NCBI GenBank assembly: GCA_040902705.1 | Contig: JBBDWT010000015.1 | Location: 1 to 51,974 of the forward strand | DNA length: 51,974 nt | Reading direction: 5' to 3' | Source: Acidimicrobiia bacterium | GTDB taxonomy: Bacteria > Actinomycetota > Acidimicrobiia > IMCC26256 > PALSA-555 | Part shown: positions 14,949 through 24,319 of the stretch, in pieces | Layout of the letters: every line of letters begins with the position of its first letter | Numbering within the stretch: the stretch's first letter is position 1 | Notes under the pieces: model-generated | What the model was told of the DNA's origin: nothing | Seen by the model: only the letters and a program-made list of their open reading frames with translations | Database searches by the model: none | Program-made: the position numbers and the translations under genes

Positions 14949-16556
14949 ATGAGTTCCGAACCGGATGCTCCGGCCGGCCCGAGCGCGACCGGCGGCGGAG
15001 AAGTGCACGATTGGGGCCCGCTCGTCGACGAGCTCGATCGGCGGCGCGAGCAGACACTCAAGATGGGTGGCGGCGACCGCATCGAGCGTCAGCACACGCT
15101 CGGCAAGCTCACCGTCAGGGAGCGGCTCGAGCTGCTGCTCGATCCTGGTTCGTGGGTCGAGTACGGGATGCTCGCCGACAGCATGGACGCGACGTACGAG
15201 GGTCGCTTCCTCGCCGCCGACGGTGCGGTCACGGGGATCGGCGCGATCGATGGCCGGCGAGTTGCGATCGCGGCCTACGACTTCACCGTCCTCGCGGGCT
15301 CCATGGGGCGTGTCGGGGAGGTCAAGATCAAGCGCATGCGCGAGGCGGCGATCCGCCAGCGCATCCCGATGGTCTGGCTCCTCGACTCCGCCGGCGCGCG
15401 CATCCAGTCGGAGTCGGGGTCCCAGTTCGCCGGCGCAGGCGACCTCTTCCGCGAGCAGGTCGCGATGAGCGGTGTCGTGCCGATGGTGGCGGCGATGCTC
15501 GGCCACTGCGCAGCCGGAACCGCGTACATCCCCGGGCTGGCCGACTTCGTCCCGATGGTCAAGGGGACGTCGTCCATGGCGCTGGGCGGACGCCACCTCG
15601 TGAAAGCGGCGGTCGGCGAGGACGTGACCGAGGAGGAGATGGGCGGGTCTGCCGTCCACACGAAGATCTCCGGTTGCGCCGACCTCGAGGTCGCCGACGA
15701 CCGTGAGTGTCTCGATGTCGTGCGTCGCTACCTCTCGTTCTTTCCCTCGCACAACCAGGAATCGCCACCGACTCGCGTGACGAACGACCCCGTTGACCGC
15801 CGGGTCGAAGAGCTCTACGAGATCGTCCCGACGGCACCGCGTCGCGCGTACGACGTCCGGAAGGTCATCGAGGCCGTCGTCGACGACGGCGAGGTGCTCT
15901 GGATGAAGCCCGACTGGGCGAAGAACCTCGTCACCGGTCTGGCGCGCATCGGGGGTGATTCGGTCGGCATCGTTGCCAACCAGCCCCTGGTGCTCGGTGG
16001 CGCGCTCGACGTGAACGCAGCCGACAAGGCCGCGCGCTTCGTCTGGCTGTGCGACGCGTTCAACATCCCGCTCGTGTTCCTCCATGACGTCCCGGGCTTC
16101 ATCGTCGGGTCCGCCGTCGAGAAGCAAGGGATCATCCGGCACGGAGCGAAGATGCTCTTCGCCGTCTCCGAGGCGACGGTTCCCAAGATCAGCGTCGTCA
16201 TGCGGAAGAGCTACGGCGCCGGCTACTTCGTGATGAACGGCTACGCGTACGAACCCGACTACCTGGTCGCGTGGCCGACCGCCGAGATCGCGGTGATGGG
16301 TCCCGATGGCGCGGTGAACATCATCCATCGCCGGACGCTCGAGGAGGTGCCGGAGGACGAGCGCGCAGGCAAGCGCCTCGAGCTGGCCGAGGAGATCCGC
16401 AAGAACATCGACCCGTATCTCGCGGCGGGGCACGCGCTCGTCGACGACGTCATCGATCCTGCCGACACCCGCATCGCGATCTGGCGTGGCCTGCAGGCGG
16501 CACGCGGCAAGCGGGTGACACGCCCCTGGCGCAAGCACGGTGTCCTTCCCGTCTGA
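14949..16556 (+). CDS. acyl-CoA carboxylase carboxyltransferase (beta) subunit
   Basis: ORF 14925..16556; the ATG at 14949 is preceded by AGGA. RIERQHTLGKLTVRERLELLLDPGSW...GSMG...ADKAARFVWLCDAFNIPLVFLHDVPGF is typical of PccB/AccD5/MccB-type proteins. Confidence 0.9.
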   Translation: MSSEPDAPAGPSATGGGEVHDWGPLVDELDRRREQTLKMGGGDRIERQHTLGKLTVRERLELLLDPGSWVEYGMLADSMDATYEGRFLAADGAVTGIGAIDGRRVAIAAYDFTVLAGSMGRVGEVKIKRMREAAIRQRIPMVWLLDSAGARIQSESGSQFAGAGDLFREQVAMSGVVPMVAAMLGHCAAGTAYIPGLADFVPMVKGTSSMALGGRHLVKAAVGEDVTEEEMGGSAVHTKISGCADLEVADDRECLDVVRRYLSFFPSHNQESPPTRVTNDPVDRRVEELYEIVPTAPRRAYDVRKVIEAVVDDGEVLWMKPDWAKNLVTGLARIGGDSVGIVANQPLVLGGALDVNAADKAARFVWLCDAFNIPLVFLHDVPGFIVGSAVEKQGIIRHGAKMLFAVSEATVPKISVVMRKSYGAGYFVMNGYAYEPDYLVAWPTAEIAVMGPDGAVNIIHRRTLEEVPEDERAGKRLELAEEIRKNIDPYLAAGHALVDDVIDPADTRIAIWRGLQAARGKRVTRPWRKHGVLPV

Positions 16557-16587
16557 TGCTGGGCGCGTGGCACTACGCTGCCGCGCC

Positions 16588-16806
16588 ATGCATGAGATCC
16601 GCGCCGAGATCACTGCGAACGTCTGGCAGGTCCGTGTCGACGAGGGGCAGATGGTCGCGGAGGGCGACGAGATCGTCATCCTCGAGTCGATGAAGATGGA
16701 GATCCCGGTGGTGACCGAGACCCCGGGCGTCGTCCGCGAGCTCCATGTCGCGCCGGAGGACGTCGTCCAGGAAGGCGACCTGATCGCGCTCATCGACGAG
16801 TCGTGA
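16588..16806 (+). CDS. stand-alone biotinyl/lipoyl-attachment domain protein (mini-BCCP, 72 aa)
   Basis: In-frame ATG at 16588 within ORF 16540..16806. Has the biotinylation motif ILESMKMEIPV and the hammerhead-like GDEIV...GDLIALI. Confidence 0.85.
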   Translation: MHEIRAEITANVWQVRVDEGQMVAEGDEIVILESMKMEIPVVTETPGVVRELHVAPEDVVQEGDLIALIDES

Positions 16807-16807
16807 C

Positions 16808-17590
16808 GTGCCGGTCATCTGGGATCGCTCCGGTCCGGTCGGCGTCGCGCTGATCGATCGGCCCGAGCGCCGCAACGCGCTCAGCGCCGAGCTCTGCGAC
16901 GAGCTGCTGACGACGCTCGTCGAGAACCGCGATCTCGGTGCCGTCGTCATCGGCGGCACCGGCTCGAAGGCGTTCTGCGCCGGTGCCGACCTCGGACGTC
17001 GTGCCGACGACCTCGCCGGTGGTGGCCTCGAGCACGGTGGTGGGGATCGGTTCCGCCCCGCGTTCGACGCGTTGCTCGACGCGATCGTCGCGTATCCCGC
17101 GCCGGTCATCGCCGCCGTCAACGGCGCGGCGCTGGGCGCGGGGATGCAGCTCGCGATCGCGTGCGACCTTCGCGTGGTCGCACCGCACGCGAAGTTCGGC
17201 ATCCCGGCAGGGAAGCTCGGCGTGGTGCTGAGCGCGCCCAACATCCACCGACTCGCTCTCGTCGTCGGTCAGGCGACGGCCCGCGATGTGCTGCTCACTG
17301 CGCGGGTGCTCGATGTCGACGCAGCGGAACGCGTGGGACTCGTCCAGCGGCGCGGGCCGGACGCAGTGGTCTCGGCGCGCGCCCTGGCCGAGGAGATCGC
17401 TGCGCTGGCACCCCTGAGCGTGCGGAGCCACAAGCAGGCGCTCAACGCGGTGGCCGCGGCCGCGGACCTCGACGAACCCCGCCGAGCGATGCTCGCTTCG
17501 CTCGAAGCGCAGGCGTTCGCCAGCGACGATCTCCAGGAGGGCCTGGCGGCCTTCAGCGAGAAGCGGCCGCCTCGGTTCGAGGGCCGCTGA
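16808..17590 (+). CDS. enoyl-CoA hydratase/isomerase family protein
   Basis: GTG at 16808, 1 nt after the previous stop. Motifs: DRPERRNALS, GSKAFCAGADL, AAVNGAALGAGMQLAIACD, EGLAAFSEKRPPRFEG. Confidence 0.9.
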   Translation: MPVIWDRSGPVGVALIDRPERRNALSAELCDELLTTLVENRDLGAVVIGGTGSKAFCAGADLGRRADDLAGGGLEHGGGDRFRPAFDALLDAIVAYPAPVIAAVNGAALGAGMQLAIACDLRVVAPHAKFGIPAGKLGVVLSAPNIHRLALVVGQATARDVLLTARVLDVDAAERVGLVQRRGPDAVVSARALAEEIAALAPLSVRSHKQALNAVAAAADLDEPRRAMLASLEAQAFASDDLQEGLAAFSEKRPPRFEGR

Positions 17591-17609
17591 CCCCGTCCCT
17601 CGTCCGGCG

Positions 17610-18551
17610 TCAGTAGTTCGCCGGCAGGACGCGCTCGAGGTACGAGTAGAAGAAGAAGAGCGCGACCGCGAACGGGATCGCGCCGATGATCCAGGTCGTC
17701 CATCGCGGATGACGGTGGAAGGCCAACCACCAGAGTGCGCCGATCAGAGCAGCGATGAGGCTGGCGATGATCGTGGGCAGCTTGGATCCTTCCTCGCCGG
17801 AGAGTCCCTCTTCGGTGAGCTGCGCGTTCTGCACGAGCTTCGGCGCGGCCAGCGCGGTCTCCGACGGGTCGAGATCGGCTTGGATCACGAGCCGTTGCGC
17901 GGCGGAGTACTTCGGGTTGCACGTGGTCAGCGTCAGCGTCGCGAGGAAGCCCTCCCTCGGATCGTTCGGGTCGACGGGGGTCGGATCGATCACGCCGACA
18001 TCGGTCGGATTCACGATGAGCTGGTCGCGCACGCGGTACTTGAAGTTGCCCTGGAGCGTGCGGATCTGGATGAGGTCGCCTTCCGCGAGCTGATCCAGAT
18101 CGGCGAACGGCGCGGCGTAGGTCGTGCGGTGCCCGGCGATCGCCGAGTTGCCCTTCTGGCCCGGCAGCGGCGTGTCCGGATAGTGGCCCGGGCCCTTGCG
18201 CAGGTCGTCCCGGGTGACGCCGTTCACGATGATCGAGTCGACGCCGATCTTCGGGATCTGGATCCGGGCGACGGCTTCACCCTCGGGCGGCAGCGGTGGG
18301 GGCGGCTCCGTCGTGGAGGTCGTGGTCGAGCTCGGCGGCGAGCCCGGGATGGTCGTGGTGGTCGTCGACGAGCTCGTCGTCGGTGCGTCCTGGCCCTCGC
18401 GGGCCAGCGCCGACTGGAACTGCTGCTCGAGCGCGTCCTGTTCGCGGGCGGTGTAGAGCCCGGTGCCCCACAGCTGGTAGGCCACGAACAAGAGGATGAG
18501 GACGCCAACGGTGATGAACGTTCGCCCGATGGCGCCGACGACTCGGCGCAC
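17610..18551 (-). CDS. class E sortase with a Ser/Thr/Pro-rich linker and an extra C-terminal TM segment
   Basis: 313 aa. An N-terminal TM is followed by a TTSSSTTTTTIPGSPPSSTTTSTTEPPPP linker. The catalytic core has AIAGHRTTY and LTLTTCNPKYSAAQRLV (TLxTC). The C-terminal hydrophobic tail reads LIAALIGALWWLAF...GAIPFAVALFFF. Confidence 0.88.
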   Translation of the reverse strand: MRRVVGAIGRTFITVGVLILLFVAYQLWGTGLYTAREQDALEQQFQSALAREGQDAPTTSSSTTTTTIPGSPPSSTTTSTTEPPPPLPPEGEAVARIQIPKIGVDSIIVNGVTRDDLRKGPGHYPDTPLPGQKGNSAIAGHRTTYAAPFADLDQLAEGDLIQIRTLQGNFKYRVRDQLIVNPTDVGVIDPTPVDPNDPREGFLATLTLTTCNPKYSAAQRLVIQADLDPSETALAAPKLVQNAQLTEEGLSGEEGSKLPTIIASLIAALIGALWWLAFHRHPRWTTWIIGAIPFAVALFFFYSYLERVLPANY

Positions 18552-18656
18552 CCCCCGATCCTACGGGCGCTCGTGCCGCGCACCGCGGCGCTTGCGCAGC
18601 GGTTCGCCCCCCACGCGACCCGCTCCGTACACTTCGGAGACTCCTGGGGAGGCCCT

Positions 18657-19331
18657 GTGCAGCCCGTCGTCCGCCTTCGTTCCGCTGTGTGCCTCCTCGA
18701 CCGGTTTCCGGCGCTCGCGGGCGTCGACCTCGATGTCGACGCCGGCGAAGTCGTCCTCATCTCCGGCGGCAACGGGGCAGGCAAGAGCACGCTCCTTCGA
18801 TTGCTGGCCGGCCTCGTCCCCGTCCACTCGGGTGAAGCCGAGGTCCTCGGGTGCGATCTGATCCACGACCGGCGGTCCCATCGTCGGTCCCTGGCGCTCG
18901 TCGGCCACGAGTCGGGCTGCTACGACGACCTCACCGTGCGGGAGAACCTGCGGTTCGCGATCCGCGCCGCCGACGCGCCGGTCGCGGACGCCGATGCGGC
19001 GCTGGAGCAGCTCGGGCTCGAGCCGCTTGCCGACATCGTCCACCGACGGCTGTCGGCAGGGCAACGGCGGCGCCTCGCGGTCGCCATCGCCGTTGCCCGT
19101 GGGCCGCGATTGCTGCTCCTCGACGAGCCCCACGCCGGGCTCGACGCCGAAGGCCGCGCCGTGCTCGACGAAGTCGTCGCGGGCTCTCGCGACGCCGGGC
19201 GCACTGTCGTGCTGTCGTCGCACGAGCTCGATCGCACGCGCCCGCTCGCCAGCCGGGAGGTCGTGCTCACCGCCGGCCAGGCGCACGGATCCGTCCCGGC
19301 CGGCCGGCCGCGGGAGGCGGCGAACGCATGA
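18657..19331 (+). CDS. ccmA: heme ABC exporter ATP-binding protein CcmA
   Basis: In-frame GTG at 18657, preceded by GGGGAGG. Walker A is GGNGAGKST, the signature is LSAGQRRR, and Walker B is LLLLDEP. It is the first gene of the ccm chain. Confidence 0.88.
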   Translation: MQPVVRLRSAVCLLDRFPALAGVDLDVDAGEVVLISGGNGAGKSTLLRLLAGLVPVHSGEAEVLGCDLIHDRRSHRRSLALVGHESGCYDDLTVRENLRFAIRAADAPVADADAALEQLGLEPLADIVHRRLSAGQRRRLAVAIAVARGPRLLLLDEPHAGLDAEGRAVLDEVVAGSRDAGRTVVLSSHELDRTRPLASREVVLTAGQAHGSVPAGRPREAANA

Positions 19332-20002
19332 GCATCGTGCACGAGGTCGGCCTCGTCGCCGGGAAGGATCTGCGCATCGAGCGACGCTCGCGCGTCACGC
19401 TTCAGCAGATCGTCCCCTTCGGTGGCATCGTGCTCCTCCTCTTCGCGTTTGCGCTCGACCCCGATCGCGGTGTGCTCGAGCGTGTCGCGCCCGGCCTGTT
19501 CTGGGTCGCGGTGCTCCTCGCCGTGCTGCTCGCGGTGTCACGCGCGTTCGCGATCGAGGCCGACAACGGCGCGAGTGACAGCCTCCGGCTCTCGGGCCTC
19601 GATCCCGCGGCCATCTTCCTCGGCAAGGCCGCGGCCATCGCCGTGCAGCTCGCGATCCTCGAGGCGCTCCTCGCCGTCGGCGTCGTCGTGCTCTTCAACG
19701 TCACCCTCGACTCCGTGGCCCCGCTGATCCTCGCCACGGTCGCCGCGACCGTGGGCCTGGCGGCCGCCGGTACTCTCTACGGCGTTCTCGCCGCCGGACT
19801 CCGGGTGCGCGAGACGCTGGTTCCGGTGCTGCTCCTTCCCGTCGTCTCTCCGGTCTTGCTCGGAGCGACGCGAGCGTGGGAGGCCGCGATCGACGGTGTC
19901 CCCGGCGACGCGTGGCCCTGGGTCGGCGTCCTCGCCGTCTTCGCAGTGCTGACGGTGGGGTCCGGAATGCTCGCGTTCGGCCCTCTCCTGGAGGAAGGAT
20001 GA
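19328..20002 (+). CDS. ccmB: heme exporter permease CcmB
   Basis: ATGA overlap with ccmA. 224 aa, six hydrophobic segments. The KDLRIERRSR...LFWVAVLLA pattern is typical of CcmB. Confidence 0.85.
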   Translation: MSIVHEVGLVAGKDLRIERRSRVTLQQIVPFGGIVLLLFAFALDPDRGVLERVAPGLFWVAVLLAVLLAVSRAFAIEADNGASDSLRLSGLDPAAIFLGKAAAIAVQLAILEALLAVGVVVLFNVTLDSVAPLILATVAATVGLAAAGTLYGVLAAGLRVRETLVPVLLLPVVSPVLLGATRAWEAAIDGVPGDAWPWVGVLAVFAVLTVGSGMLAFGPLLEEG

Positions 20003-20754
20003 CCCTGCTCAAGCCGGCGGTCAGCCGCGCTGTCGGTTGGAGCGCGGTCGCTGCGCTCGTCGTGCTCGCGCTGTTCGGTCTCTGGGGCGCGCCGCCCGAC
20101 AAGGTGCAAGGAGACGCGCAGCGCCTCATGTACCTGCATGTCCCGGCCGCCTGGATCGCGTACCTCGCGTTCGCGGTGACGGCGATCTGCTCCGCGCTCT
20201 GGCTGTGGCGTCGGACGCGCTCTCCGGTCTGGGACCGCATCGCCGGCGCGTCGGCCGAGCTCGGGGTCGTCTTCACCGCGTTGACCCTCGTTCTCGGGTC
20301 GCTCTGGGGCCGTCCGGTCTGGGGCGTGTGGTGGGCGTGGGACGCGCGGCTGGTCACGACCGCGGTGCTGCTCTTCCTCTACCTCGGGTACCTGGCGCTG
20401 CGGAGGGTTCCCGCTGCTGCCGACGCACGGGCGAAGCGGTGCGCGATCGCAGCGCTCATCGCCTTCGTCGACGTCCCGATCGTCCACTTCTCGGTCACCT
20501 GGTGGCGGACGTTGCACCAGGAGGCGACGGTCTTCGATCCCGAGCTGAAGGCGAACATCCACGGAGTCATGGCGTTCACGCTCTGGTTCGGCGTCCTCGC
20601 GTTCACCCTGGTCTACGTCGCGTTGCTCGATCGCCGCTACAAGCTCGCATCACTCGAAGAAGACCTCGACGAGCGCGAGCTCGAGCAGGCGATCGCCGAG
20701 CGCGTCGCCGGTGCGGGGACGCCGGCTCCGCGCGAGGAAGTGAAGGTGCCATGA
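19999..20754 (+). CDS. ccmC: heme ABC transporter permease / heme handling protein CcmC
   Basis: ATGA overlap with ccmB. Has the Trp-rich WWD motif WGRPVWGVWWAWDARL and conserved His residues (YLHVP, WWRTLHQ). Confidence 0.92.
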   Translation: MTLLKPAVSRAVGWSAVAALVVLALFGLWGAPPDKVQGDAQRLMYLHVPAAWIAYLAFAVTAICSALWLWRRTRSPVWDRIAGASAELGVVFTALTLVLGSLWGRPVWGVWWAWDARLVTTAVLLFLYLGYLALRRVPAAADARAKRCAIAALIAFVDVPIVHFSVTWWRTLHQEATVFDPELKANIHGVMAFTLWFGVLAFTLVYVALLDRRYKLASLEEDLDERELEQAIAERVAGAGTPAPREEVKVP

Positions 20755-20870
20755 CCGACGTCGGCTACGTCGCTGCTGGTTGGTCGATCACGGGCGCGGT
20801 CCTGCTCGGATACTGGCTCTGGCTCGTCCGCCGGACCCGGCGCGCGGAGCGCCTCGACCGCGACCGATGA
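20751..20870 (+). CDS. ccmD: heme exporter protein CcmD (39 aa)
   Basis: ATGA overlaps on both sides. It has a single TM (YVAAGWSITGAVLLGYWLWLV) followed by a basic tail, in the canonical position between ccmC and ccmE. Confidence 0.75.
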   Translation: MTDVGYVAAGWSITGAVLLGYWLWLVRRTRRAERLDRDR

Positions 20871-21307
20871 CGGGCACCGCGGTGAACGATCGTCGGCGTC
20901 GACGGGCGCTGTTCGCGGTGGCCCTGTGTGCCGTCGCGATCGTCGCGATCGTCGTGCTCACGGTCGTCCTCTCCGAGAACGTCGTCTACTTCCGCACGGT
21001 GTCCGAGGCCGTGGCGCAGCGCCAGCAGCAGGGTGGCGACCGGTTCCGGATCGCGGGCGAGGTCGTGCCCGGCTCGGTCGAGGAGACGAAGCGGGGCGTA
21101 CGGTTCCGCGTCACCGACGGCAAGGCCACTGCGACCGTCGTCCACGTCGGCGATCCCCCCGAGCTCTTCAAGCCCGGCGCGCCCGTCGTGTGCGAGGGGA
21201 AGTGGGGGGCCGGGAAGGCGTTCGACTCGGATCGGATCATGATCCGGCACGGCAACGAGTACGAACCGCCGAAGGTCGACTCTCAGCCCGCGGTCGACGA
21301 CGGGTGA
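20867..21307 (+). CDS. ccmE: cytochrome c maturation heme chaperone CcmE
   Basis: An N-terminal TM is followed by an OB-fold-like body (FRIAGEVVPGSV...FRVTDG...VVCEGKW). The C-terminal heme-binding region RHGNEYEPPKV corresponds to the E. coli KHDENYTPPEV motif; the His and the Tyr at +4 are conserved. Confidence 0.9.
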   Translation: MTGTAVNDRRRRRALFAVALCAVAIVAIVVLTVVLSENVVYFRTVSEAVAQRQQQGGDRFRIAGEVVPGSVEETKRGVRFRVTDGKATATVVHVGDPPELFKPGAPVVCEGKWGAGKAFDSDRIMIRHGNEYEPPKVDSQPAVDDG

Positions 21308-23319
21308 AGGCGTCTCTCGGCGTCCTCGCGCTCGCGCTCGGCGCGAGCTCCGCCGCGCTGGGCATCGTCGTCCTGGCGAGAGGTCTCTCCCGTCGCGACG
21401 AGCAGCTCATGGCGCTCGGTCGGCGGTTCGTCTTCGGAGTGCTCATCGCAGCGGTGCTCGCCGTCGGAGTCATGGAGTGGGCGCTCCTCTCGCACGACTT
21501 CTCGATCAAGTACGTCGCTGAGAACAATGCGCTCGGAACTCCGGTGCTGTTCACGATCACCGGCCTCTGGGCCGCGCTCGAGGGGTCGATCCTGCTGTGG
21601 CTCCTCGTGCTGGGCGGCTACCTCGCGTTCGTCGCCCACAAGTTCCGCGCTCGTGCATCGGACCCGTTGGTCGCGTGGGCGACGCTGGTCGGCCTCGTTG
21701 TCGCGCTCTTCTTCTTTGCGCTCGTCCTGGGACCGGCGAACCCGTTCACGTCGATGCCCGTGACCCCACTCGACGGGCGTGGGCCGAACCCGTTGCTGCA
21801 GAACCACCCACTGATGGCGTTCCACCCGCCGATGCTCTACCTCGGCTACGTCGGGTTCACCGTGCCCTTCATGTTCGGGATGGCCGCGCTCATCACCGGA
21901 CGGTTCGGTGAGGGGTGGCTCGCCGACACGCGCCGGGCGACGCTCGTCGCGTGGGTGTTCCTCTCGGTCGGCATCCTGCTCGGCGCGTGGTGGAGCTACG
22001 AGGTCCTCGGCTGGGGTGGGTACTGGGCGTGGGACCCCGTCGAGAACGCGTCGCTCCTGCCGTGGCTGACTGCGACCGCGTTCATCCACTCGGTGATCGT
22101 GCAGGAGCGTCGCGGGATGCTGCGCGTCTGGAACCTCTCGCTGATCATCGCAACCTTCTGCCTCACGATCCTGGGCACGTTCCTCACGCGGTCGGGTGTC
22201 ATCAACTCGGTGCACGCCTTCACGGAGTCCGACATCGGTCCGTGGCTGCTCGCGTTCCTCGGCGTCGTGGCGGCAGCAGGCATCGGCCTGATCGCGTGGC
22301 GGGGCGACTCGATGCGCTCAGCCGGCAAGATCGACTCGCCGGTCTCGCGGGAAGCGGCGTTCCTCGCGAACAACCTGCTCTTCGCGGGCTTGGCGTTCGT
22401 GGTGCTCCTCGGCACGGTCTATCCGCTCCTCGCCGAGGCATTGCAGAGTCGACGGCTCAGCGTGGGGGAGCCGTACTTCGACCGGATGACCACACCGATC
22501 GGACTCGCGCTGCTCTTCATCATGGCGGTCGCGCCGGCGTTGCCGTGGCGCACCACGTCCGGTGAGGTGCTCCGCAAGCGGTTGATCGTGCCCGCCTGGA
22601 TCGGCGGTCTCACCATGATCGTCGCCGTGGCGATCGGAGCGCACGGCATCACCGATGTCGTCGCGTTCGGACTCGCCGCGTTCGCGCTCGCCGGCATCGT
22701 TCGGCAGTTCTTCGTGGGTGCGCGCACGCGGCGTGGCGCCCATGTGGAGGGCTGGGTCAGGGCGACGAGCCGGATGATCCGTGCCAACCCGCGCCTGTAC
22801 GGCGGGCTCGTCGTGCACGCGGGCATCGTCCTGATCGCCATCGCGCTCACTGCGTCGAGCACCTACTCGACGAAGCGTGAGGTCCGGCTCGCGCGCGGTG
22901 ACTCAGCGACGGTCGCGGGCTACACGGTGACCTATCTGGGTCGAAGGGTGGAGGTGAGCGACCAGAAGCGCGTCGTGCAGGCCCGCGTTCGCATCGAGCA
23001 CGGTGACGACGACCTCGGTGTGTACACGCCGTCGGTCAACATCTTCCCGGGATCGACCAGCGCCATCGGTACGCCGTCGGTGAAGACCGGGTTGCTGCGC
23101 GACGTGTACCTCACCCTCGTGTCGGCGCCGAGTGGTGATGCCAACGGTCGAGTGACGATCGGGGTCGCGGTGAACCCGATGGTCGTCTGGCTGTGGATCG
23201 GTGGGGGAGTGATCGTGCTCGGCACCGCGCTCGCGCTGATGCCGGGACCGCGGCGTCGCAAGAGTCCGGTCGAGGAGCCGGCTGTCGAATCACGCGATCC
23301 GGAACCGGCGCTCGCATGA
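21304..23319 (+). CDS. ccmF: cytochrome c heme lyase subunit CcmF
   Basis: GTGA overlap with ccmE. 671 aa, polytopic. WWD motif reads WGGYWAWDPVENASLLPWL, and the HPPMLYLGYVG motif is present. Confidence 0.93.
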   Translation: MKASLGVLALALGASSAALGIVVLARGLSRRDEQLMALGRRFVFGVLIAAVLAVGVMEWALLSHDFSIKYVAENNALGTPVLFTITGLWAALEGSILLWLLVLGGYLAFVAHKFRARASDPLVAWATLVGLVVALFFFALVLGPANPFTSMPVTPLDGRGPNPLLQNHPLMAFHPPMLYLGYVGFTVPFMFGMAALITGRFGEGWLADTRRATLVAWVFLSVGILLGAWWSYEVLGWGGYWAWDPVENASLLPWLTATAFIHSVIVQERRGMLRVWNLSLIIATFCLTILGTFLTRSGVINSVHAFTESDIGPWLLAFLGVVAAAGIGLIAWRGDSMRSAGKIDSPVSREAAFLANNLLFAGLAFVVLLGTVYPLLAEALQSRRLSVGEPYFDRMTTPIGLALLFIMAVAPALPWRTTSGEVLRKRLIVPAWIGGLTMIVAVAIGAHGITDVVAFGLAAFALAGIVRQFFVGARTRRGAHVEGWVRATSRMIRANPRLYGGLVVHAGIVLIAIALTASSTYSTKREVRLARGDSATVAGYTVTYLGRRVEVSDQKRVVQARVRIEHGDDDLGVYTPSVNIFPGSTSAIGTPSVKTGLLRDVYLTLVSAPSGDANGRVTIGVAVNPMVVWLWIGGGVIVLGTALALMPGPRRRKSPVEEPAVESRDPEPALA

Positions 23320-23861
23320 AGCACACGACTCGCTGGATCGCGCTCGGTGTCGCGATGGTTGTCATCGCGGTCGGCGTCGTGCTGGCCACGCAAGTCGGTG
23401 GCGACCCGCGCGCCGACAGCACGCGGAGCCAGCTCGTGGGTGACCCGGCACCCGCGTTCAGCGTCCGCACGCTCGACGGGACGCCGCTGGCGCTCTCCGA
23501 TCTCGCCGGGCGCGCGGTCATCGTGAACTTCTGGAACAGCTGGTGTGCGCCGTGCCGCGCGGAGCTGCCGGCGCTCAAGCGCTTCGCAGCGCGCTACCGC
23601 GACGATCCGACCGTCGCGTTCGTCGGGATCGCTCGCGACGATCCCAAGCGAGCGATCCGCGAGTACGTCAAGGACGAGGGCATCGACTGGACCGTGGCGA
23701 TGGACCCCGGGGCACGCGCCGCGCTCGACTTCGGGACACGCGGCCAGCCCGAGACGTTCGCGATCACGCCCGACGGGCTGATCGCGGCGGCGCAGATCGG
23801 ACCGTCGACGGTCGAGGACCTCGAGACGATGCTCGCGGCAGCCCAGGGGCGGCGGCGGTGA
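23316..23861 (+). CDS. ccmG: thiol:disulfide oxidoreductase CcmG/DsbE (TlpA-like thioredoxin)
   Basis: ATGA overlap. An N-terminal TM anchor is followed by the thioredoxin fold with VIVNFWNSWCAPCRAE (WCxxC) and GQPETF. Confidence 0.9.
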   Translation: MKHTTRWIALGVAMVVIAVGVVLATQVGGDPRADSTRSQLVGDPAPAFSVRTLDGTPLALSDLAGRAVIVNFWNSWCAPCRAELPALKRFAARYRDDPTVAFVGIARDDPKRAIREYVKDEGIDWTVAMDPGARAALDFGTRGQPETFAITPDGLIAAAQIGPSTVEDLETMLAAAQGRRR

Positions 23862-24319
23862 AGTACGCGTCGTGGGTACTGCTCGGGATCGTCGTGGCCG
23901 TTGCGCTCGGGTGGGCCGCGTGGCCCGACGGTGGTGACCCGTCGGTGCGCGAGCGCACTCGAGATCTGGCGTCGGAGCTCCGATGCCCCGACTGCGAGAG
24001 TCAGTCGGTCGCCAACTCCGCGACGTCGAGCGCGGAAGCGATTCGTGCCGACATCCGCAGGCGCATCCTCGACGGGCAGGGCGACGAGGAGATCCGGCAG
24101 GCGTACGTGGACCGATTCGGTGAGTCGATCCTCCTGAAGCCCGAGGGAGACGGGCTCGGCGTGCTCGTGTGGGGCCTTCCCGTGGTCGTCCTGGTCGTCG
24201 GCGCCGGCGGCCTCGCGCTGGCGCTCCGGCGATGGCGGCGCCAGACGCCGATGCGTGCGACGGCCGCGGACGAGGAGCTCGTGGGTCGCGCGCGAGTCGA
24301 GTCGACGGACGTGCCATGA
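23858..24319 (+). CDS. ccmH: cytochrome c-type biogenesis protein CcmH
   Basis: GTGA overlap. LRCPDCESQSVANS matches the CcmH LRCxxC...S signature. A C-terminal TM helix is present. Confidence 0.88.
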   Translation: MKYASWVLLGIVVAVALGWAAWPDGGDPSVRERTRDLASELRCPDCESQSVANSATSSAEAIRADIRRRILDGQGDEEIRQAYVDRFGESILLKPEGDGLGVLVWGLPVVVLVVGAGGLALALRRWRRQTPMRATAADEELVGRARVESTDVP

